Assembly (NCBI GenBank): GCA_965153285.1
Contig: OZ229118.1
Reading direction: 5' to 3' (one strand)
Origin: Podarcis tiliguerta
Lineage: Eukaryota
DNA length: 64,000 nt
Notes under the pieces: generated by a model
What the model saw: the letters and a program-made list of their open reading frames with translations, nothing else
Database searches by the model: none
What the model was told of the DNA's origin: nothing
Translations under genes and position numbers: made by a program
Shown: in pieces, positions 12,502 to 23,189 of the stretch
How the letters are laid out: the number at the start of each line of letters is the position of its first letter
How positions within the stretch are numbered: the first letter of the stretch is position 1

Positions 12502-13011
12502 TTGTTGTTGTTGTTTAGTCATGTCCAACTCTTCGTGACCCCATGGACCAGAGCATGCCAGGCACTCCTGTCTTCCACTGCCTCCTGCAGTTAGGTCAAA
12601 CTCATGCTGGTAGCTTCGAGAACACTGTCCAACCATCTCGTCCTCTGTTGTCCCCTTCTCCTTGTGCCCTCAATCTTTCCCAACATCAGGGCCTTTTCCA
12701 GGGAGTCTTTTCTTCTCATGAAGTGGCCAAAATAATGGAGCCTCAGCTTCAGGATCTGTCCTTCCAGTGAGCACTCAGGGCTGATTTCCTTAAGAATGGA
12801 TACGTTTGATCTTCTTGCAGTCCATGGGACTCTCAAGAGTCTCCTCCAGCACCAGAATTCAAAAGCATCAATTCTTCGGTGATCAACCTTCTTTATGGTC
12901 CAGCTCTCACTTCCATACATCACTACTGGGAAAACCATAGCTTTAACTATACGGACCTTTGTCGGCAAGGCGATGTCTCTGCTTTTTAAGATGCTGTCTA
13001 GGTTTGTCATT
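12502..13011 (-). mobile_element. Bov-B (RTE clade) LINE, 5'-truncated
   Basis: ORF MTNLDSILKSRDIALPTKVRIVKAMVFPVVMYGSESWTIKK...RIDAFEFWCWRRLLRVPWTARRSN...LKLRLHYFGH is the Bov-B ORF C-terminus; (CAA)n tail. Confidence 0.95.
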
Positions 13012-13194
13012 TCTACTGCTGAATAAATGGGTTTTCCACTTTGAATGGTTTCCCTTACTGTGTTAGGAAGAAAGCAACACTGTCTCTTTGTAGTTATTTA
13101 AAGAACAGAGTTAGGACTTTGCCAATTAAATTTCTATCCTAGCAGTGCTGCAATGACAATTTGGATAGTGGGGTTAAACAAAACAAGAAAATGC

Positions 13195-13229
<35 letters not shown>

Positions 13230-14962
13230 TATTCTGAGATTAATCACAGTTTGGAAAAGTTTTTTGTAGCTCTTCAGAGTTTTCTGCAGCTCACCGAACA
13301 AACACATTATTTTAAAAATCAACAAGCAGGAAACAAAGTCGCATGCTTCTATATGGCCACAGCTAATAGCTGGGAATGGCTGGCTGGAACCCTGAATAGG
13401 AGCACTCCTTTCAATAGAAATGATACAGGCAGGTCCCTCTTTCCAAACATAATGCATTCCCAGGAAATTGTTCATTAGGCAAGTGTTCACATAACAAGCT
13501 GACAATTTTTATCATTTCCTATGGGAACATTTCTAATGCATGATTTGTACATCTCTTCCCCCACCCCTCCACAGTTTCTCCCTGAGCCAGGAAAACAGAG
13601 ACAAAGGAGGGGCATGCAGGATGACTTGGATCAGTGTAATATCTACCACAGTGTGCAAGAAGAAATGCCATTGAGGTGGCTCTGATGACTTCTTTGCTCC
13701 TGCAATGAAGCAAAGTACAGGCGACTACCATATCACACGGGGTTTCCGATCCTGGTCCCCGCACGCATCTGCAGAGTGCACATAAGCACCCCCTGCCCTG
13801 TTACATCTTGTCTCTGTTACACTCTTCTATCCCTCTTCTTCCCTCTTCCAGGTCCAAAAGTACCTGTGTTTCAGTGATCACACGTCATATAGACATGCCT
13901 AAAATGGTCGCTTTTGCATGGAAGCTTTTGAATGGAAGCTTTTGCAGCCTCCAGTATGTTCCACTTCATGATAATCAGATCCTGTTACATAATCTGTATT
14001 TTTGGCTAAATTCTGATGCTATTTTATATTGTTCAGGTCAATTTATTGCATGCACGGCACTTTTATTTTATTAATAAATATTAAAGTTGGGGGGACATTA
14101 CACCAATAAGTGGTACACAAATAAGCCATACCGTACTACCATAGCATATTTCTCTTTCTTCTAGGCCTTTGAGTACTACTCTTAAACTGTTTGTCCACAG
14201 AAACAGAAATGTTGAGTAACCAAATACTGCAGGATTTATATTTTTCTTCTGACAACCTCTCATACATTTCACTAGAAAACATGATTATTTGATGGCTGCA
14301 TTCAGGAGCCGAATACATTTAATCTGCTCACAGCATATGAAAGGCATCCAGAAAGCTTTACATTAGATACACAGAGGTTCTCGGTATGTCAGCAGTGAAA
14401 TCAGCATTTTGTAAGTCTTCTTCCTATTTCCTGGTTTTCATGTAATTTTATTTTCTCTTTGAAGTCTGTGGAAGAGTCCAGAAGGGGAAGCCTTTCATTA
14501 TGCCCATGAATTATTCAGTTATGGTTCTTAGAGTTAACATTGCTTTAAATGGCTTAAAGGTTTTCCATTTTAGTGTTTGCGGGCTCTTTTTATGACTGTG
14601 TGCCATGCTTCTCAGTTAAAATCTTTGAATTAGTTGTTGCTAGAAACACTTTCAGTCTTTAATTTGTATGATTGTGTTCTAAAAAAATGTGTTCAAAACA
14701 TTTCTGCTATCTGTGGAAAATCTTTAGTCATATAGCATAATATTGTAAGTCATGTATTTATTCTCATGGGCTTGGCCTGTAGGTAAAATAGTTGAAGGGA
14801 AGGTATATCTGTTTTCTCTTTAAGTTCTGCAATCTTCTTCATCTTCTGCTTCTTGAAACATATAGCACTGTGTGTCACTGCTCTCTGGTGAAAGGCTAGA
14901 TGGAGTTAGAGAAAGCATTAGAGGCTCTGTGAATTTCCCACTGTGCAAGATCATGACATATA

Positions 14963-15034
14963 CAGTGGTACCTTGGGTTAAGAACGTAATTCGTTCTGGA
15001 CGTCCGTTCTTAACCTGAAACTGTTCTTAACCTG
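14963..15034 (+). mobile_element. Truncated Tigger-like MITE end
   Basis: TA|CAGTGGTACCTTGGGTTAAGAAC...; only one TIR seen. Confidence 0.65.
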
Positions 15035-17149
15035 CTGGCTTCTAGGCCCAATTCAAAATGCTACTTTTGTCACTGAGAGCCTTTGTTAGAATACAGTTTT
15101 CATCATCCCTCACAACACTTAGAGGACCAGGAATTCCCCCATCCCTGCCCTAAACTGTTTGAGATCAGTCTATCTCTGAAAAACTGCCTGTTTCCATTCA
15201 AACTTGCCATTGCCAATGTTGTCATCGGAAGTCCTCTTCCAGGTACCCCCACATCTTGAGAGTAGAGGTTTGTACAGCTTCTCATTGGTGTTACTGTGTC
15301 TGGAACTTCTTTCTCCAGGAGGTCTGATCTGAATGACATCTTTTCTCCTTTCATAGCCAAGTACCTGTAAAGACATCCAGTTTGGGGAAAGCCTTAAGGG
15401 GAAATGCGTCACAATGCACTATTTTATTCTCCTTGCTGCTAATCTTGTTGATATTGATAGAAGAAACATTGGTCTAATACCTGTCATAGTTCCGATCTTG
15501 TGGCTTGCCTTTTAAGATTTTACAGTGTTTTTGTTTTAATTTTTCTGATCGTAAGCCTCTCTGGACGCCTATTGCCAGGCAGAAAGATGACATTTTAAAC
15601 AAACATATAAATATATTGATCTCTCCACAGACTTTTACCAAAGTCCTCAATGTGGCATTAAGATGAACATAAACTGAAATCTCCTTGCCTGTGGTTTTAA
15701 AAGGAAGCTCAAGTTTGACAAGAATTATGATATAATGATACAGATTCTTTATCCTTAAGGATAGCAAATTTGAATATGAATATAGCTAAAATTTACTGCC
15801 AAACAAGGATCCAGTTAAAAGCTGAATAACTTGTTAATAAACATCTAGTATTAATGGGATGTAGATTCATTATAATGTTTGCAATCAGAGCACAGAATGT
15901 CACAAGCATTAGTCAAGACTTTGTAACAATATTGCTGTAATTGGATGGTAATTTGCATCATTTGAATAAGGGAACATTGAATCATAGGAAGGGACAAGAA
16001 ATATTTTGTCTGCTGACAATAGTAAACAAGAAGCAGCTGACAAAAATGGCAGAATAGGTTTGAGACCATATCAATCACTGAACAAATGAACAAGATCTGG
16101 ATCAAAATCTGTAAACAATGTTGTTGGAAGACCTACAGCATGTAAGTTAAATAAACATGGCTCCATGCTGCAGCATGTACTGTTTATTTATAGAAACAGC
16201 AACTTCAGTCTCCAACGTATCTAGCTATTGCACAGCACTGTCAGCGTCCATGACCAGCACCTAGTAAGCAGGGACTATCAATATGGAGCAAGTGAGCTGG
16301 GCATTAGGTGCTCAGTGCAAAATTAACAGCATTGGATATTTGTGTTCAGTTGGTGTGTCCTGGGACCAACTATCAGATGGGTTGCTACAGCAGCACTACC
16401 ACAATACAAATGTATGGTCAACAGATAAGGAATGAGTTCTAAATGCATGCTTGGGTTAAAGGTGGTTCCCAGCCCTGAAAAAGTTGAATCTGCTGTTTTA
16501 GAGGATATTGAAAGACCTCATCACTCATCACTCCCAGCTCCTCCTCTCTCTGATCATCTGCTGGGTCCAAGTCTTCTCTTTCACTCTGAGTAGACTATTC
16601 TTCCTGAAGACACCTCTGGTGATAGAGCCTCATGACAGCCAAATAAGCCATCCTATAGTGACTCTATAGTGACCAAAGGGCACCATGTACATGTGCGTAT
16701 GGCATGCAAAGTATTGCTTGTTTCCTTTTCATTTAGCTGTTGTACCTTAATATTTGGGCACATGCATAGTAAAGAGAAGAGCAAAGCTCATGCACATACA
16801 CTATCCTGCAAAACGATAGTCCTGGCTTCAAAAAGTGCTTTGCTTGCTTATGTTGTATTAAGCCTTGCTCATACCATTCTTTAGCTCTGGTTGTGCTGCT
16901 TGTGGATGGGGATTCATACTGGAATCTTTGTTAGGATGTGTATCCCATTGAAAGCAGTGATGTGCTGAAAGGTACTCCCATTCAGATCGCTTTCAGCCTC
17001 TGTTTCCACCCCCTTCCACTTAGCTTGGGCAAGAATTTTGGTCTTGTTTTTGACAACATGTCCTATTCTAACATGGGTTAGCTAACCTTTTTGGACCTGC
17101 GGACACATCTGCAAGCCAGGAGGTGATGGGGCACTACTAAGGGGACTAC

Positions 17150-17318
17150 GGGAAGCTGCCTTGTACGAGTCAGGCCACTGGTCCATCTAGCTCAGTATTG
17201 TCTACACCTGAGCTTCATAGAGGAGTCTCTCCCAGCCCTACATGGTGATCTGAGGGACTAAATCAGGGATCTTTTGAACGCAGAGCATGTGCTCTACCAC
17301 TGAACCACAGCCCTTCCT
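17150..17318 (-). mobile_element. Old tRNA(Ala)-like SINE
   Basis: Minus-strand head GGAAGGGCTGTGGTTCAGTGGTAGAGCACATGC; body shared with repeats at 4841 and 45550. Confidence 0.6.
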
Positions 17319-17341
17319 GAACCAGTGGTGGATTTTCTTAA

Positions 17342-17484
17342 AGCTGGATAGCTCAGTTGGTTAGAGTGTGGCGCTGATAACGCCAAGGTTGCAGGTTCAA
17401 TCCCTTTAAGGGACAGGTGCATATTCCTGCATTGCAGGGGGTTGGACTAGATGATGGCCAGGGTGCCTTCCAACTCCATGATTC
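17342..17484 (+). mobile_element. tRNA(Ile)-derived SINE with CR1-like tail (POM/Squam2-type)
   Basis: Head tagctcagttggttagagtgtggcgctGATaacgccaaggttgcaggttcaatcc resembles tRNA-Ile; tail ttcctgcattgcagggggttggactagatga is shared with the CR1 3' end near 34175. Confidence 0.85.
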
Positions 17485-19744
17485 AAGAAGGGCATGGCTG
17501 ACTAGCTGGAACAGGAACCAGGAGAGTTAAAAATGTGTCTAATCATTGTAGAATCCTTGTAATCTGGACCCAGAATTGGGGGGGGGGGGGGATTTCACAT
17601 CAGATTTGGACAATTACCAAGCATTTTTTCCAACTCCCTTGCACTCTGTAGGTGTAGCACTTTGAGGCAGAAATGAATGGAAGCCTTCCTTTCTGCAACA
17701 ATGAACTGCAACACACAGACACACACTCATTCATTCTTTGTATACACATTCTTTGTTTGACGATTGTTTTGTTTGAAGATCACACTTTAATGAAAGGGAA
17801 CTGTCCCAAGATAAGTTGTTGAGAAGAAGGGGCAAGAAGGGGCAAAGTAGACTTTGGTTTCATTCTCCTGCACCACAGGGGTTAAATGCAGTTTTATGTG
17901 CCAAAGGAAGACACTGGGAGGAAGAAAGCTGTGTTTTTAAAAGTTTCTAAGGGGCTATTCCAAAGTCAATGGAGAGTTTTATTAAAGCTTTTGCTGAAGC
18001 GTTTGTCTGCAAGCAGTGATTAAGTCTTCCAAGGGGGAAAAAAGAAAAAGAAAAAGAAAATAAAAGAAAGGACATGTCAGCATTCATCTGTCAGCCTCTC
18101 TTTGGAACACAGAGAAATTTTGTTTCCTTTTCTTCCTCCTTAACTAACAAAGCATTTTAATGGGAATACTTTGAATTAAGGCATTGTATGGGCTTCTTCC
18201 ATATGTGCTTTTTTTTAAAGGAGGAAAATAGAAATTGTCTTGTAATTCTCTCTGGATGTGCTTGGCAGCAATAGTGTGTGTGTGTGTGTGTGGTGTTTTG
18301 TTTTGTTTTTTAAATAAAGCAGTTGTAAAAGTTTTTGGAGTTCAGAACAAATTATTTTGTTAACTGTGATGAATGAAGGGGGCAGCATTGAGAGGGCTGA
18401 GAAGGCAGACCTCAATAGCCGGACGGAAATTTTGCCAACCATGGTCTTGGGTGGTCAATGTGGCCGCAGAGGTGCTGATAAAGGGGTGCAAGCCTCCCCC
18501 CCAGAGAAACTGCACAGAGAAGGTTGAATAATGTGCTGGCATGCTTTTTTTACGGCCAAAGGGGGCTTTTTATTAGCTACCCCTCAATCCGCTCACAATG
18601 CATGGTCCTCTTTTGCCCAGGCAGGGTTCCCTTGTCTGAGGCAGGCATTAGTTTTGGTTAGAAGGCCTGTGCTCCAGTATATTAGACTGGCTGCAGAGAT
18701 TTGTGGTGAGTGCTTTGCTGCATGCCCCTCATGTAGCAGAAATGGCATTGGGTAGGATATAGGTATAAAGAAGCATAAATGCAAAAGAAGCATTACTCTA
18801 TGTCCCACAAAGTGTGACAGAATTCTGGATTGGAACCCATAGCCTGCAGTGCCCTTTCCAAGTGCAATGTGATCATGCTACTGAGTCATGCTTCTCAGCG
18901 CCTGAATGTGAATTCATCCAAGATGTTTCCTGGTATCACTGTGCTAGCTCCCACTGAAGAAAGAATGCAAAATTAGACAGACCCTTTGCCTGATCTAGTA
19001 AGATTTTTCTGACATCATTATTTTTAGCCTCCCTATCAATGCATCTAAACACTTTTATAAGTTGCCTGGTTCATGCACAGGTTCAGATTGCAGTTTATGG
19101 ATATTGAAGGGGCTACGCTGAAAACACCATGTTAATGCTATCTGTTTCAGATTGGTGCTTAATCATATTCTCCTTATTCACCATAGATGTATCTTTTTAT
19201 TGAAAAAACATTTCTAAACAGTTCACTATTTTTTTTAAAAAAACTTTTAAGTATTCGTGTTTTAATCCGTTTTAAGCATATTGTTATTTTAACTTTTTGA
19301 AAGTATGAAATTATTGTTGTTAATTCGTATTATTTTTTTATCATGCTAAAATATAGATAATTTTTAAGTTTTTAAGTTTTAAGACAGAAAACCAATGGCA
19401 CACAAAGATCGCATATACACAATGTTTTATCATTTTAATAAACCACTGCAAAGTTGTTGCTTTCTTCATAATCAGTTAGGGATAGAGATGGAATCTGTTC
19501 TAAATAGATTTAAATAGATTTGATGGTTCTGACCTGATCAAACTTTGCCTGCATCAAACTATTCCTGGACCAGGCACCTTTTTTGCTCATGCATGTTTTC
19601 TTTTTTTAAAAAATCAACAAATTATATGCAAAAATGTGCATATATTATACATATAATACATATAAAAGAGTGAAGCCCATGTAGCACTATATTTTTGTAG
19701 CTTAATTGTATAAGTATTAATACCTAAGTATTTTTATGCAGTTA

Positions 19745-20019
19745 CAGTGGTGCCTCGCAAGATGAAATTAATTCGTTCTGCGAGTTTTTTTGTCTTGTGA
19801 ATTTTTCGTCTTGCGAAGCATGGTTTCCCATAGGAAATGCATTGACAGTTTCCCATAGGAATGCATTGACGGTTTTAAGAAAAAGGCGCAGGACGTTTTC
19901 CTATTGCGAAGCAAGCCCATGGGGAAATTCGTCTTGCGAAGCAACTCAAAAAACAAAAAAACTCTTTCATCTTGCAAGTTTTTCGTCTTGCGAGGCATTC
20001 GTCTTGCGAGGTACCACTG
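19745..20019 (+). mobile_element. Tc1/mariner (Tigger-like) MITE, 275 bp
   Basis: 22-bp TIRs CAGTGGTGCCTCGCAAGATGAA / TTCGTCTTGCGAGGTACCACTG; TA TSD; internal tandem duplication of gtttcccataggaa(a)tgcattgac. Confidence 0.92.
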
Positions 20020-20269
20020 TATATGCATTGTTGTCTGGTTAACTTCAGGAAACTGGGAGTTCATATGTGTATAACATGCAAGTAACAATGTGTAGAATAA
20101 TAATGTATATAATATGCTATTATTGTTCACAACTTCTTATTGAGATCAGGAAGCAAGATGGCAATTAGATAAAATTTGATGAGGATAAGCTTATCACTGA
20201 GATTTTCAGAAAATCCCACCCACACATTCAGTCACCTTCCTAAACTGTTATTTTGTTGGCATACTACAG

Positions 20270-20363
20270 GATGTTTTGAATAACTTGGGCTCCTGTGACC
20301 TGGATGAGGATGACCTCATGCTCGACTTGGAATTCCTGGAAGAACAGCATCACAGGCGTTCTG
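20270..20363 (+). CDS. CCSER1: CCSER1 (coiled-coil serine-rich protein 1 / FAM190A) internal coding exon, 94 nt, probably orthologous to human exon 4
   Basis: Acceptor ...ttttgttggcatactacAG|GAT and donor TCTG|GTaagc. Translates DVLNNLGSCDLDEDDLMLDLEFLEEQHHRRS plus 1 nt, matching recalled human CCSER1 DVLNNLGSCELDEDDLMLDLEFLEEQSLHPS. Phase 0 start, phase 1 end. Confidence 0.95.
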
Positions 20364-21065
20364 GTAAGCCAGGCTGATGGGCCGCATTTGCAACTTGTCT
20401 ATTTCTTTTGAATGAGATTTTGCTGAGTGCACTTTTTAGGAAGTGAGTAGTAAAATACATTTCTTATTTTTTTTTTTTTTAAGAAGGGAGAGTGGATTAT
20501 ATATTTAGCCATTTTATGGTTTGAATGACCTCTAGCAGTTGCTATACAGGATATCATTCTCTTCACTTGAGATGCTAATTTCTTGCTTAACCCTATTCAT
20601 AATGATGCTATTACTGGGGATCAAGCTGTTTTTCTATGGATCACTTCCATAGGCCAGTTTTCAAATGGTGGACTTACTTACCTTGCAGAAGAAACCCAAT
20701 TGCTTGGTAATTGGAGACACATTAGTATTCCGTATGCTTTTAATGCCTAATGTCTAAAGGTCAGACCTTGAAAAACCATCTTCTTTTTTGGTCAACATTG
20801 TTATGTTGCTAAAACTTTTTTCTAACCAGCTTTTCCACTAATATTTTTTTTAATTGGGGTCGTAATATTTGAATTTCTGTCTCCCATTTAATTCTTGTTT
20901 TGTAACATTTGTTAAATTTTATCTGTTGTGTGTTGCTTTGGCCGTTTCATTGAATGAATAGTTTGCTGGCACACCAGCTCCCAAATAACATTCACACCCA
21001 AGCATGCCAGGAAGCATCTATTCTTATTTGAATGTTGCATTGAGCAATAATCTCCGATAGAAATA

Positions 21066-21576
21066 CAGTGGTGCCTCGCAAGACGAAATTAATTCGTTCC
21101 GCGAGTATTTTCGTAGAGCGAGTTTTTTCGTCTTGCGAAGCACCACGGTGGGGAGGGGTGGGGAGAAGCAGGGCAGCTGCCGCAGCCGGTACCTTGGACT
21201 CACCCGCGCGACGTGGCTGCTGGAGGGCGGCGGGGCTCAGGAGCGCGACTCCGGCTGCAACGCTGGCTGCTGGCGGCGTCGGCTCTCTCAGAGGAGCGCG
21301 CAAGGGCGGTGGGCAGCAGCGCGAGGCAGCCGGAAGGTTGGCCATCAGCCGGAAGGTGGGAGGGAGCCGGAGGAGCCGTCAGCAGGAAGGTGGGAGGGAG
21401 CCGGAGGAGCGGGGAAGCGAGCGAGCGTGCGTGCGTGCGTGCAGTGACCGCCGCCATGACAGGAGAGGCAGGGCTGTTTCGTCTAGCAAGCCCTTTGGAA
21501 AATCCGAATTGCGAAGCACCTCAGAAAACGAAAACTCTTTCATCTAGCGAGTTTTTCGTCTTCCGAGGTACCACTG
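21066..21576 (+). mobile_element. Tc1/mariner MITE of the same family with ~330 bp CpG-rich interior
   Basis: TIRs CAGTGGTGCCTCGCAAGACGAA / TTCGTCTTCCGAGGTACCACTG; TA TSD; subterminal sequence shared with 19745-20019. Confidence 0.92.
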
Positions 21577-22856
21577 TATTAGTTGTGTCTAATCTCTTCC
21601 CAGCGGACTGGTTAATGTAGAGACACCAGCTACCCCTGTCAAATCCTCAGCAAAATTGCCTCAGTTGGTGTTTGCTGGGCATACACAACCACACAGTTTG
21701 CCTCTGTTTTATTTCTTTAATGGGTTCTAATTATATTACACCCAGAGTCACATAAACATGTCCGGGAAAAGGTAACATTACTTTGAGGCCGTAAGAGGGA
21801 GAAAGGCAAACACACCTACCCATTAGTTCTGTGCAACTCTCTTAGCATCCTTTTTGTCTGGAAGGAGTTGTACAGCGATAATACATGGAGCCTTGTCTGA
21901 TAGCAGATAATTGTTCTTCATCTCAGCACCATGAGTGATTGAATGCTCCAATCACACACCTGTCACAGAGATGCAGCAGAGGGGTCTACTTCAGCAGAGG
22001 CAGAACCAGAGTAAGAATGCAGCTTGCATTCCATGTCTCTACAGGACCACCTGCTTCCACCTTTATTTATTTTTGAGATTGAATACCCCAGGGTGGTTTT
22101 TAGACGCAGACACACGCCATAAAAACAACGTAAAGCACAACTAGGCTGCACAGAACACAAAGAAAAGCATAGCGCAGACTCTGCAAGGTCTAGGAAAATA
22201 ACAAGGTTTTAACTCTATGCCGAAAAGTTAAACTCGACTCCAGGTAGGCCCCCTTGATGTTGTGTTTCCCCATCACTTTCCTTATTGCAAATAGGGTGAT
22301 CTTTTGGCAAAGTGCATTGTACAAAACCACCCAATCAACTTTATTTGTGCAACCTGAATTTGCCCGTATGTGATTGATGCCCACCTGAAACTAGTGACAA
22401 TCTGGAAGCACCCTAACTTTTGAAGTGCACAGTAAAGATATAAATGTCAAGAAGAAGAATTCCTTATGTCTTAAACTTAAATAGCTATCTCTCTTGCTTT
22501 ACACCTCACTGAAACTTTCAGCTCAAACAACAGCAAAAGCATTTGGCTTGCATTTTGACTGGGTGGAGACTTTGGGACTCCCTCCACCTCCAGTAATAGG
22601 GATATTTCGAGAGGGAATTAATTTAAAACTTTGGGGGTGGGGCATGCCATCTGCTGGGGCAGCAACATATCTTTCCCCCCCAGCTCTGCCTCCTGTGGTT
22701 GTGAAGCTTCTCTTGGCACAGGTTACTTTTGAGATTTCCTGCAAACAGGGCATTGATTTGTTGGGAGGTGAGGATTTTTCTTCAATGATAGGCTGGTCTT
22801 GTCCTAACCCCGCCCAACAACTTTTAAATGAATAGCCTGCATTTTATGGTCACCTA

Positions 22857-23189
22857 TGCGGGTGGCGCTGTGGGTTAAACCACAGAGCCTAGGACTTGCT
22901 GATCAGAAAGTCGGTGGGTGAGCTCCCATTGCTCTGTCCCAGCTCCTGCCAACCCAGCAGTTCGAAAGCACGTCAAAGTGCAAGTAGATAAATAGGTACC
23001 ACTCTGGCGGGAAGGTAAATGGTGTTTCCTTGCACTGCTCTGGTTCGCCAGAAGCGGCTTAGTCATGCTGGCCACATGACCTGGAAGCTGTACGCCGGCT
23101 CCCTTGGCCAATAAAGCGAGATGAGCGCCGCAACCCCAGAGTCAGCCACGACTGAACCTAATGGTCAGGGGTCCCTTTACCTTTACCTT
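22857..23189 (+). mobile_element. Sauria SINE (Squam1), near full length
   Basis: gcgggtggcgctgtgggttaaaccacagagcc ... ggtcaggggtccctttacctttacc. Confidence 0.92.

Noticed and set aside
13134-13505. ORFs with poly-Tyr, Ile or Asn runs (also 9378, 37152, 50065, 53826)
   Set aside because: Produced by (AAT)n microsatellites and LINE tails.
16232-16261. REST/NRSE-like motif
   Set aside because: Too many deviations from TTCAGCACCACGGACAGCGCC.
17342-17415. Apparent tRNA-Ile(GAT) gene
   Set aside because: The acceptor stem is degenerate and it runs directly into a CR1-derived tail, so it is a SINE head.
20992-21620. Cluster of overlapping 85-159 aa ORFs
   Set aside because: Caused by stop-codon scarcity in the GC-rich MITE interior.
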